The position numbers and the translations under genes were made by a program. Under the pieces are notes generated by a model, which saw only the letters and a list, made by a program, of their open reading frames with translations, ran no database searches and was not told the origin of the DNA. A stretch of 58,394 nucleotides of DNA from a bacterium (GTDB taxonomy: Bacteria > UBA8248): the NCBI GenBank assembly GCA_965221165.1, contig CBDCRP010000001.1:1-58394 (forward strand), given 5' to 3'. Positions 20,691 to 32,419 of this stretch are shown here, in pieces. The first letter of the stretch is position 1. The number at the start of each line of letters is the position of its first letter.

Positions 20691-20975
20691 TTTCGTAAAT
20701 GGGGAATGTTCTAACTGAATCTTGTAGTGGAAACTACATATAAGCGGCTTTATATCTGGTTCGCTCGACAGAACCTTGTCGTCACGCAGGGTAACATCAA
20801 AGAGAGGGGGTGACGCGAGAGACGAGGGAGCCCTGTTGTTAGACGACGAAGCAGAAGTGAAGTAGAAGTACAAGGAAAAAGTAGAAGTACAAAGAAGAAA
20901 CACCTGGCAAAACACGACATTGAACATGATGGAACGCGGCAACATTTTTCTAACCTCCAGTAAGGAGAAACACAC

Positions 20976-22538
20976 ATGAGAAAAATTCTGTTAGCTTTAT
21001 TCGCGCTGGCGCTGGTGGTGGCGTTTACCACGCCTTCGTATGCGGCCGACCTCAAGGTGACCGGCTTCTACCGGGTGCGTGGCGCCAGTGTGGACAACGC
21101 CGATGGCGATGACGACAAAGACGACGGCACACAGTACCTCGACGCGCTCATCCGCCCGCGCTTCACGCTGAAGAGCGGCGGGGTTATGTCCGTGTGGGAG
21201 CCCGAGTTCGTAAGCGCGAACGGCGGCTTCGCGATCGGCGCCGGTCGTCAGACCGTCGGCGTCAACCGCTGGTTGATCGATTTCGCCCTTCCGGGAAGCG
21301 CGCTCCGCATGCGTCTGGGCAAGACGGATTACACCTCCCCGGACAGGGAAGTTTACGACGGCGGCGGTCGCCACCGCGAACCGGGCGTCGCGGTTTACGG
21401 CAAGCTCAGCAAGAATCTCTCGCTCAGCATGTTCCATACCAAGGCGAAAGAAGACACGAGCGCCGACAACGACGACACGTCGGATTACTACGTGGGCATC
21501 TCCGCGAAGGTGGCTCCGGGCCTCACGCTCTCGCCGTGGGCGGCCAATTCGAGGGGCGGGGCGGGTAAGACTGCTTACAACTACAGCTTCCTCGGCCTGA
21601 ACGCCAAGGGCAAAATGGGCATCTTCAACGTGAACGCCTCCGGCGTCTTCCAGTCCGGCGAGATCAACGCAGGCACCGATCTCTCGGCCTGGGCGATCCT
21701 GGCGAGAACCTCGGCCAGCTTCGGCAGACTGAAGGTCATGGGCAACCTCACCATGCTCTCCGGCGACGACAGCCAGCCCATCGGGGAATCAAAGCCCGCG
21801 ACGACGGAAGAAGCAGAGGAGGACGTTAGTGGTGTGACGGTGACCGGAACGAGGCCTATCGCTCTCGCAGATCAGGAGCCTGATGCCCAAGCCATCACCT
21901 TCGGCAACTACGCTTCGGCCGATGGGGAATACGGCGGTTTCACGGCTCCCCAGCTCGGCGGCTCCGGCTGGTTCCTCACCGGTCAACTCCTGAGTGGGAT
22001 AGGCCGCTTTTCATCTTTCGGGAACAAGGGTATCCAAAACCAGGCGCTGGTGAGTGTGGGCGGCAACAAAGGCCCCATGTCGCCCGTCACCAGGACGAAC
22101 GGCATAGTCGCGCTGGAGGGACTGGTCGAATACAAGGTCAGCAAGACCTTTACGCTGATCGGCGGCATATCCCTCTACCAGTCCGCCGAGAGCGCTCCTG
22201 AAGCCTGCTGGAACAATGTAGGGTATGGTGAGGAGGTGGATGGTGTAAGGCCACATATAGTGCTGACATCGGAGGCCAGGGATATCGATGGTGATGCAAA
22301 CACTGCTAATACAGCCCCCACCGCGGGTTGTGATGCGGATGAAGTTGTCGACTCCTATGACGATTCCAAGGACTACGGCACCGAGTTGAACGCGGTCTTA
22401 AAGTGGAAGATTCATAAGACCGTCGAGCTTCGCATGATAGCGGCGCTCCTCATGAGAGGCGACTACGGCAAAGTCGAGGGCGGCAAAGACTTCGACGACA
22501 CCTGGATGGTCGGCTGGACGCTGCGCCACGTTTTCTAG
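20976..22538 (+). CDS. Outer-membrane beta-barrel porin
   Basis: Strong RBS TAAGGAG, signal peptide, N-terminal strand LKVTGFYRVRG, alternating amphipathic strands, terminal WTLRHVF. Confidence 0.8.
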   Translation: MRKILLALFALALVVAFTTPSYAADLKVTGFYRVRGASVDNADGDDDKDDGTQYLDALIRPRFTLKSGGVMSVWEPEFVSANGGFAIGAGRQTVGVNRWLIDFALPGSALRMRLGKTDYTSPDREVYDGGGRHREPGVAVYGKLSKNLSLSMFHTKAKEDTSADNDDTSDYYVGISAKVAPGLTLSPWAANSRGGAGKTAYNYSFLGLNAKGKMGIFNVNASGVFQSGEINAGTDLSAWAILARTSASFGRLKVMGNLTMLSGDDSQPIGESKPATTEEAEEDVSGVTVTGTRPIALADQEPDAQAITFGNYASADGEYGGFTAPQLGGSGWFLTGQLLSGIGRFSSFGNKGIQNQALVSVGGNKGPMSPVTRTNGIVALEGLVEYKVSKTFTLIGGISLYQSAESAPEACWNNVGYGEEVDGVRPHIVLTSEARDIDGDANTANTAPTAGCDADEVVDSYDDSKDYGTELNAVLKWKIHKTVELRMIAALLMRGDYGKVEGGKDFDDTWMVGWTLRHVF

Positions 22539-22582
22539 CGGCATGATGGACGTTCGCGTCCTCTGTTCCTGACGCGACGGCG

Positions 22583-22613
22583 ACCGGGGGGTTTCGGCCC
22601 CCCGGTTTTTTTT
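22583..22613 (+). terminator. Rho-independent terminator after the porin gene
   Basis: ACCGGGGGG-loop-CCCCCCGGT followed by a T run. Confidence 0.88.
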
Positions 22614-22656
22614 GCGCGCGGCCGCCGGTTTTCCGTGGGTGGCGGTCGCCGTTTTC

Positions 22657-22995
22657 CCGTAGGTGGCGACCCCTCCCCGTGGTCGCCCCACATATATGCC
22701 GCCCCTACGGTCGGGTTCCCCCCTCCCCGGTCGGAAATGATCAGTTTACCCGTAGGGGGTGCATATATGCGCCCCTGCCTTCGAGGTCGCCCTTTTCCCG
22801 TAGGTGGCGACCCCTCCTCGGGGTCGCCCCACACATATGCCGCCCCTACGGGGGTCGTCCCACACATATATGCCGCCCCTACGGGGGTCGCCCCACGCAT
22901 ATATGCGGCCCCTACGGTCGGTTGTGAACACGACTCCGCGCGGGACGCACCCCTCCTCGGGGTCGTCCCACACATATATGCGGCCCCTACGGTCG
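22657..22995. repeat. Cluster of GTAG-type REP-like palindromes (BIME-like)
   Basis: Repeated GTAGGTGGCGACCCCTCC..GGTCGCCCC and CATATATGC(C/G)GCCCCTACGG units, at least five copies of the latter. Confidence 0.85.
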
Positions 22996-23137
22996 GATTC
23001 CCCCCTCCCCGGTCGCGACAATCGCTCCCTCCCCGGTCGCGATTGACCGTTTTCCCGCATCGCGGACGCGCTCGCTAGGCGTCATCCACGGTGATTTCCC
23101 GCGCATCGAGGCGGGCCGGAATATGTGAAAAATTCTC

Positions 23138-23210
23138 AAAAAAGGTGAAAAAAGGGGAAAATAAATGAAAATATCTGAAAATTTATATATTTGATAAATA
23201 TGGAGTTACA
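23138..23210. other. Phased A-tract element, copy 2
   Basis: AAAAAAGGTG AAAAAAGGGG AAAATAAATG AAAATATCTG AAAATTTATA TATTTGATAA ATATGGAGTT ACA; homologous to 10181-10253. Confidence 0.8.
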
Positions 23211-23250
23211 TGGATTTTCTCCCTCCCGGCGGACCCCCCCGGTTGGGGCG

Positions 23251-23398
23251 CGCACGATCCATCCCTTCCCGGGAAAGTCGACTCCTTCCTCGGTCTCGCA
23301 CGATCTTTCCCTCCCCGGGAAAGCCCGACTCCTTCTTCGGTCTCGCACGATCTTTCCCTTCTCGGGAAAGCCCGACTCCCTCATCAGTCGAGGCTGAT
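23251..23398. repeat. Three tandem ~47-bp repeats with internal hairpin CTTTCCC..GGGAAAG
   Basis: Copies start at 23251, 23297 and 23344; the last ends in CCCTCATCAGTCGAGGCTGA, matching variant units of the 9.7-10.0 kb array. Confidence 0.85.
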
Positions 23399-23608
23399 CA
23401 CGAAGGGGGTGATCGGGGGAGCGAATGCCCGGCGACGCCGCGGGCGCAAGCCGATGGGCCGCCGTCCACGAGCGCCCCCGCGCGAGTCGGCGGCGCGGCG
23501 TCCGGTTTTCAGGAGATATCGCTTGAGGGGTTTTCCGCGCAATGGTATATCCTTTGGACGAAGGCCCGCGTCCGTCCGTAACGACAGTCATGAAAGAAAG
23601 AGCGGAAA

Positions 23609-24748
23609 ATGAACAAACACCATCTCATGGCCCCCGGCCCCACGCCGGTCCCCCACCGGGTGCTCGAAGCCATGGCGCGGCCCTTGATTCACCACCGGAC
23701 GCGGGAGTTCGAGGCGCATTTCGAGGGGGCGCGCCGCGGCCTCGAATGGCTCTTCCAGACGAGCGGAGACGTCATCACCCTCGCCGCTTCGGGTTCGGGC
23801 GGCATGGAGGCGGCGGTGGCGAACCTGCTTTCCCGGGGCGATTCCGCGCTCGTCGTCGAGGGGGGCAAGTTCGGTGAGCGCTGGACGGAGCTTTGCGCGG
23901 CCTACGGGGTCGAGGCGGACGTCCTGAAGGTGGAATGGGGCCGTTCGGTCGACCCGGGCGCTCTGGAGGCGCGTCTTGCGCGGGGAGGGCACAAGGCCCT
24001 GTTGATGCAGGCGAGCGAAACCTCCACCGGGGCCAAGCACGACACGCAGGCCGTCGCGAGGGTCGTCCGCGAGAAATCGCCCGGGACGCTCGTGGTGGTG
24101 GATGCCATCACCGCGCTGGGCGTGTATGATCTCAAAGCCGAGGAATGGGATTTGGACGTCGTGATCACGGGGAGCCAGAAGGCGCTGATGCTTCCGCCGG
24201 GGCTGGCCTTCGTCTGGCTGAGCGAGCGGGCCTGGCGCGCCGCGTCGGCCTCCACGTCGCCGAGATATTATTTCGACCTTCATATCGAGCGAAAAAGCCA
24301 GAAAAAAAACACCACCGCCTGGACGCCGGCGATTTCCCTGCTGGCGGGCCTGGCGGTTGCGCTCGATATGATGCGCGAGGAGGGGCTGGAAAACATCTTC
24401 GCGCGGCATGCGGTGTTGGCGCGGGCGACGGGGGCGGCCGTCGAGGCTTTGGGGCTGACCATATTCCCCCGCGATTTGAGAAGTGAGGCGCTTACCGCCG
24501 TTTGCGTGCCCGAGGGAGTGGACGGAAAGGCGATTCTCCTTAGAATGCAGGATGCGCACGGGGTGACCATCGCCGGCGGACAGGACGGCCTGAGCGGCAA
24601 GATTTTCCGGATCGGGCACCTGGGGTATGTGGATTCCTCCGACGTGCTGGCCACAATCGGCGCGCTGGAGTCGACCATCGCCGGCTTGGGCTTTTCACTG
24701 GAAAGAGGGTGCGGCCTCGCGGCGGCGCAGGAGGTATTCGATACATGA
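23609..24748 (+). CDS. Class-V PLP aminotransferase (alanine-glyoxylate/serine-pyruvate type; probable phosphoserine aminotransferase)
   Basis: MAPGPTPVP, ETSTG, VDAIT, GSQKALMLPPGL (PLP Lys) and FRIGHLG; coupled to serA. Confidence 0.9.
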   Translation: MNKHHLMAPGPTPVPHRVLEAMARPLIHHRTREFEAHFEGARRGLEWLFQTSGDVITLAASGSGGMEAAVANLLSRGDSALVVEGGKFGERWTELCAAYGVEADVLKVEWGRSVDPGALEARLARGGHKALLMQASETSTGAKHDTQAVARVVREKSPGTLVVVDAITALGVYDLKAEEWDLDVVITGSQKALMLPPGLAFVWLSERAWRAASASTSPRYYFDLHIERKSQKKNTTAWTPAISLLAGLAVALDMMREEGLENIFARHAVLARATGAAVEALGLTIFPRDLRSEALTAVCVPEGVDGKAILLRMQDAHGVTIAGGQDGLSGKIFRIGHLGYVDSSDVLATIGALESTIAGLGFSLERGCGLAAAQEVFDT

Positions 24749-26345
24749 GCCAGACGTTTCGCGTTCTGATTTGTGAGCCGCTCTCGCCGAGGGCGGAGGA
24801 GATACTTGAAGAACAGGAGGGCTTCGAAGTCCTGAACCACATCTCAGCGACGCGGGAAGAAATACTCGAGGCCACGAAAACCGCGGACGCGCTCATCGTC
24901 CGGAGCGGCACGCGGGTGGATGATGAGCTTTTGGGCATCGGGGAGACGCTCAAGGTGGTCGCGCGGGCGGGCATCGGAGTGGACAACGTGGATCTCGAAG
25001 CCGCCAGTATGCGCGGCATCCTGGTGGTGAACGCGCCTGACGGCAACGTCATCACCACGGCGGAGCATACCATCGCCATGATGTTCTCGCTGGCGCGCAA
25101 GATTCCCTCCGCCGTCTCCTCGCTGAAGCAGGGTAAATGGGAGCGGAGCCGCTTCGTGGGCAGCGAGCTTTCCTCCAAAACCCTGGGCGTCGTGGGCATG
25201 GGGCGCGTGGGTTCGCAGGCGGCGACGTTCGCCCGCAACCTGGGCATGAACGTCCTCGCCTACGATCCCTACATCTCCGCCGAGGTGCTATCGAAGCGCG
25301 GGGTGAGTCCCGTGGATTTCGAGGAGCTTTTGGCGAAATCCGACTACATCACCCTGCACGTTCCCAAGACGTCAGAAACGGGTAATCTCATCGGCGCTGC
25401 GGAAATCGCCCGGATGCGCGATGGCGTTCGCATCATCAACTGCGCGCGCGGTGGACTGATAGACGAGGAGGCGTTGGCCGAGGCGCTCGACAGCGGCAAG
25501 GTCGGGGGCGTGGCCGTGGACGTGTACCAACAGGAGCCTCCCGACCCGAACGACCCGCTCATCGGGCGCGACGACGTCGTCTGCACGCCCCACCTGGGCG
25601 CCTCGACCGCGGAGGCGCAGGAGAACGTGGCGATCAGCGTGGCGAAGCAGGTCGTGGCGTATCTGACAGAAGGCGTGGTGGGCCATGCCGTGAATCTGCC
25701 GTCTCTGAGTCCCGAAGTGCTGGAGCAAATAGGCCCCCACCTGGATCTGGCCGAGCGCCTGGGTGATTTTCTGGCCCAGCTCTCCGGCGGAGGATTACAG
25801 ACGCTCGAGGTGGTCTATGGCGGCGCCATCGACATGCCCATGAAGGCGCTGGCCGCCTCGGCCATCAAGGGGATGCTGGGCCGGTTCCTGTCGAGCGTCC
25901 GCGTGAATATGGTGAATGGCCTGCTGCTCGCGAAAGAGCGCGGCATCGAAGTCAGGTCGACGAGCCGATCGGAGAATCTTCTCTATACGGACTTGATCGA
26001 GCTTCGCGTGAAAACCGACTCGGGCGAGCGCTCCGTGGCGGGAACTTTTCTCAGGAAGAATGATCCCAGAATCGTTCGTATAGACGATTATTCGGTCGAT
26101 GTGGCGCTCAGGGGCTATCTCCTCATATTCCGAAACGAGGACCGGCCCGGGATGATCGGCAAGATGGGCACCCTGCTGGGGAATCACAATATCAACATCG
26201 CCGGCATGCAGTTGGGGAGAGTGTGGCAGCAGGATATGGCCGTGGCCGTCCTGATTTTGGACGATCCGGTGCCTGAACCCGTCATGGAGGAGGTTCGCGC
26301 CATTCCCCACGTCTACGACGCCTGCCTCGTCAGATTGGGTTTTTC

Positions 26346-26349
<4 letters not shown>
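24745..26349 (+). CDS. serA: D-3-phosphoglycerate dehydrogenase
   Basis: RAGIGVDNVD, GMGRVG, INCARGG, TPHLGASTAEAQ, C-terminal ACT domain (DRPGMIG). Confidence 0.96.
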
Positions 26350-28954
<2,605 letters not shown>

Positions 28955-29081
28955 TTCGGATTTTATTCATCTCGGCAATTTCAGCCCGAACCCCAGTTTT
29001 ACTGTGATAGGATAGTTCGTCGGGATTCGGTGGAAACAACCGAACCATCCGCATGGCCGCCGGCGATTTTGATAGGGGAAA

Positions 29082-29981
29082 ATGATGGCCCCGGAAAACG
29101 TGTCCTTGAGCCTGGCTTTTGCGGCGGGGGTATTGAGTTTTGCCTCCCCGTGCATCCTCCCGCTGGTCCCGAGTTACCTTTCCTATTTAACGGGTTTGTC
29201 CTATGAGGAAATAAGAGAGAGCGGCGAGGTCGTCCGCGTTCGAAGCGTCATTTTGGTGAATTCCCTGTTTTTCGTGGCGGGGTTTTCTCTCGTCTTCGTC
29301 ATATTGGGCGCCAGCGTGTCTTTCGTGGGCAAGGTACTCTTTGAGTATCAGGATCACGTCAGGCTGCTAGGCGGCATCATGATCACCATGTTCGGTCTCT
29401 ATGTCGGCGACAGGGCCTTTGATTTCAGGGGCCAGAGGTTTTTCTCCGAAAAATCGACCGGCGTGAGCGGCGCTTTCGCCGCCCTGATTTTCCTGGCGGG
29501 GCTGGCGGGCCTGCAAATGGGCTACCCCACGCTGGGTGGGGTGCTCACGGCCTGCGCTCTTTATGTGTTCGTGGCCGTTTTCCTGCCCGTGCTCTCCTCG
29601 GAGAACCGCATCATGCTGAACAGCAAGCCCACCGGCTGGCTCGGCAGCATGTTGGTCGGCATCACCTTCGCCGCCGGCTGGACGCCTTGTGTCGGCCCGA
29701 TTCTGGGTAGCATCCTTCTGTTCGCGGGAACGCAGCAAACCGCGGGCCAGGGCGTCGTTCTGCTGGCGAGCTATTCCGCCGGCCTAGGCGTTCCGTTTCT
29801 GCTCAGTGGTTTGGGTGTGGGTTATTTCTTCCGGTTCTATCAGACGTTTCGGCGCTATTTCCATGGCGTGGAAATAGCGAGCAGCGCCATGCTTCTTCTC
29901 GTGGGCGTTCTGCTGATATCGAACTATCTGAACGCCATTTCCTCTTATCTCATCTTCTGGACGGGATTTACGGGTATTTAA
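29082..29981 (+). CDS. ccdA: Cytochrome c biogenesis protein CcdA
   Basis: SFASPCILPLVPSY and GWTPCVGPILG motifs; multiple TM helices. Confidence 0.92.
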   Translation: MMAPENVSLSLAFAAGVLSFASPCILPLVPSYLSYLTGLSYEEIRESGEVVRVRSVILVNSLFFVAGFSLVFVILGASVSFVGKVLFEYQDHVRLLGGIMITMFGLYVGDRAFDFRGQRFFSEKSTGVSGAFAALIFLAGLAGLQMGYPTLGGVLTACALYVFVAVFLPVLSSENRIMLNSKPTGWLGSMLVGITFAAGWTPCVGPILGSILLFAGTQQTAGQGVVLLASYSAGLGVPFLLSGLGVGYFFRFYQTFRRYFHGVEIASSAMLLLVGVLLISNYLNAISSYLIFWTGFTGI

Positions 29982-29985
29982 CGTT

Positions 29986-30267
29986 TCAGCGTACCTCGAA
30001 CGACGCGGGCTCCCCGCAAGGTGTTATTTGCTCTTCCTGTACTTCCTCGACTCTCGCCAGCGGCGGTCCTTCTCGACACCATGCTTTGAGGGCGTTGAGT
30101 GCTGAACTATCGCCTTCGGCGACCAACTCCACGCTCCCGTCGATCTGGTTTCTCACCCATCCGGTGAGGCCGAGCCTTCGGGCGATTTCCTGGGCGCTGC
30201 CCCGGTACCATACACCCTGCACCCGTCCCCTGATGATGAGGCGGATCCGCCGCGTCTCCTCTTCCAT
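29986..30267 (-). CDS. acyP: Acylphosphatase
   Basis: GRVQGVWYR, GWVRNQIDGSVE and GPPLARV. Confidence 0.93.
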   Translation of the reverse strand: MEEETRRIRLIIRGRVQGVWYRGSAQEIARRLGLTGWVRNQIDGSVELVAEGDSSALNALKAWCREGPPLARVEEVQEEQITPCGEPASFEVR

Positions 30268-30280
30268 GTAGAATCGGCGC

Positions 30281-31051
30281 TCATCCGGATTGCGCGCGGG
30301 CGACCGCATCCGCAAAAGCACGGAGGGCGGCTTTGGGCTCTTGCGCGTCGCGGATGGGCCTGCCGACCACCAACAGGTTGGCGCCGTCGCGAATCGCGTG
30401 GGTCGGGGTTTGCGCGCGGGCGTGATCGTCATGGGTATCGCTTTCGAGTCGAATTCCCGGAGTGACGATTAAAGATTTATCACCCAGGGTTCGCCGCAGC
30501 GCGGCCACCTCCCCGGGTGCTGCGATTACGCCGTCGAGGCCGGCCTCGCGACTGAGCTGCCCCATGGCCAGCACCTGGGGTTCGATCTCTTTCGAGATCC
30601 CGATGGCGCGAAGCGCCTGCGCGTCCAGACTCGTGAGCACTGTGACGGCCAAGACAGCGGGCGGGTCACGGCACTCATCGCGGCCCCTTGCGCAGGCTTC
30701 GAGCATGGCGGGGCCGCCCGCGGCATGGACGGTGAGCAGCGAGACCCCCAGTTCTCCCGCTGATTTCACGGCTCTTTGCGCGGTGGCGGGAATGTCGTGG
30801 TATTTCAAATCGAGAAAAACACCGACCCCGCGTTCAAGCGCGGCTTCTACCGCCGGCGGGCCCTCGCGGCTGAATAGCTCCATCCCGATTTTGAACCAGC
30901 GCGCCTCGCCTTCGAGCTTGTCCATCAGGCGTATTGCTTCAGTCAGCGTGGGTACGTCCAGCGCGCAGATAATTCTATCGGCGGGGGCCAATTCGGCGCG
31001 GGGGTCTGGAGAATTCAAGAGTGTCTCCTTTTTCGCGTCTGAGAGTGGCAC
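30281..31051 (-). CDS. pyrF: Orotidine-5'-phosphate decarboxylase
   Basis: ALDV, FLDLKYHDIPAT, VTVLTS, TPGIR and VVGRPI. Confidence 0.96.
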   Translation of the reverse strand: MPLSDAKKETLLNSPDPRAELAPADRIICALDVPTLTEAIRLMDKLEGEARWFKIGMELFSREGPPAVEAALERGVGVFLDLKYHDIPATAQRAVKSAGELGVSLLTVHAAGGPAMLEACARGRDECRDPPAVLAVTVLTSLDAQALRAIGISKEIEPQVLAMGQLSREAGLDGVIAAPGEVAALRRTLGDKSLIVTPGIRLESDTHDDHARAQTPTHAIRDGANLLVVGRPIRDAQEPKAALRAFADAVARAQSG

Positions 31052-31085
31052 TCACACCTACAGTGGAGCATGAAGCCGCAAGAGC

Positions 31086-31853
31086 CTAATCCGAACCCTC
31101 GTTTTCGTCGTCTTCCCATTCTTTTTCCCGCTCCTCCTGGCGCTTTTTCTTACGCCTCATGATGATTTTCGAGATGATGATGCTGATTTCGAACAACACG
31201 ATGACAGGACCGGCGAGAAACACCTGCGTCACCACGTCCGGCGGCGTGAGCAGAGCGGACATGACGAATGCGCCGACGATGACGTATCCGCGGTTTTTCG
31301 AGAGAAAATCGGGTGTGATGACGCCGATCTGCACAAGCAGAATGGTGACGATGGGCACCTCGAACACCAGGCCGAACGTAAAAATGAGCTTGAAGGCGAA
31401 GGAGATGTAAAAGCCTATCGAAATCTGGGGTGTCAGGGATTCGGTGGCGAAGCTCAACAGAAAAGCGAGGCCATAGGGCAGAATCAGGAAATAGCAGAAA
31501 AGGGCGCCGACGATGAAGCTCAGCGTCGAGAAGAAGACAAAAGGCACGATGTAGCGCTTCTCCCGATTCATCAGCCCCGGGGAGCAGAAGCGCCAAATCT
31601 GAAACAAGATGATGGGGAGGCTGATGAACACCGAGCAGAAAAACGAGACCTTGACGTGCGCAAAGAATGCCTCCGTCGGCGACAGGAATACGAGTTTCTG
31701 CCCGGCGATGGGGCGCTGCATGAAGGTCAGCAGTTCGGTCGAGAAAAAATAGGCACCCACGAACACGACGAAGATCGTGCCGAGAATATAAAGGATTCTG
31801 TTGCGCAACTCTGTCAGGTGCCCGGTGAGGGGCATGGAAGCATCGCCGCTCAC
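31086..31853 (-). CDS. tatC: Twin-arginine translocase TatC
   Basis: MPLTGHLTELRNR, SPTEAF, FEVP and LTPPDVVTQ. Confidence 0.96.
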   Translation of the reverse strand: MSGDASMPLTGHLTELRNRILYILGTIFVVFVGAYFFSTELLTFMQRPIAGQKLVFLSPTEAFFAHVKVSFFCSVFISLPIILFQIWRFCSPGLMNREKRYIVPFVFFSTLSFIVGALFCYFLILPYGLAFLLSFATESLTPQISIGFYISFAFKLIFTFGLVFEVPIVTILLVQIGVITPDFLSKNRGYVIVGAFVMSALLTPPDVVTQVFLAGPVIVLFEISIIISKIIMRRKKKRQEEREKEWEDDENEGSD

Positions 31854-32257
31854 GTCTTCGTTTCGTCCTCTCGTGCGGCCCCGGTCTTATCCGTAGCCGC
31901 TTTGTTCTCCGTGGCGTCGGCCTCGGCCTCAGGCGCGGTGTCGCCCGCCTCGGGCGCGGGCTCGTCCGTCTCGGTCTGGGTCGGTTTCTCAGCCAACTCC
32001 GCCGCGTCGTCTTCTTCTGGTTCCTGTTCTTCGGCGTTTGCTTTTTTCTCCTGCTGTTTTGTGTCCTCATCAAGCACGTCGAGATCGTAGTCGTCTTCGA
32101 GGTTGAAGCTGTTCTGAAAATCAGACGTCGCGCGCTTGAAGTCGCCCAGGGCCTTTCCGAGCGTGCGGGCCAACTCTGGCAGGCGCTTGGGTCCGATGAC
32201 GACCAAAGCAACCACCATTATCACGATTAACTCCGTCATTCCGATGCTTCCGAACAA
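31850..32257 (-). CDS. tatB: Twin-arginine translocase TatA/TatB subunit
   Basis: FGSIGMTELIVIMVVALVVIGPKRLPELAR with acidic tail; TTG start after GAGGAG. Confidence 0.88.
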   Translation of the reverse strand: MFGSIGMTELIVIMVVALVVIGPKRLPELARTLGKALGDFKRATSDFQNSFNLEDDYDLDVLDEDTKQQEKKANAEEQEPEEDDAAELAEKPTQTETDEPAPEAGDTAPEAEADATENKAATDKTGAAREDETKT

Positions 32258-32419
32258 GGCTGCTCTCCTCACGAAAGACTATGACCTTGGGTTATACCAA
32301 AACAAGCGCGCTTGGTGAACGAGCTTACGGATAGCGAGCTATGATCCTTGGGTGCTTTCTGCTACAGTTGCCAAATGTGCACCAACCCAAGGCCCATGTC
32401 TTCACAAAATCGTAGGTCC

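Noticed and set aside
20286-20975. 229-aa minus-strand ORF
   Set aside because: Spans the porin promoter and leader plus palindromic repeats (WIPACAGMT is repeat-derived).
22535-23591. Several short ORFs in the porin-aminotransferase gap
   Set aside because: Translations of REP clusters and tandem repeats.
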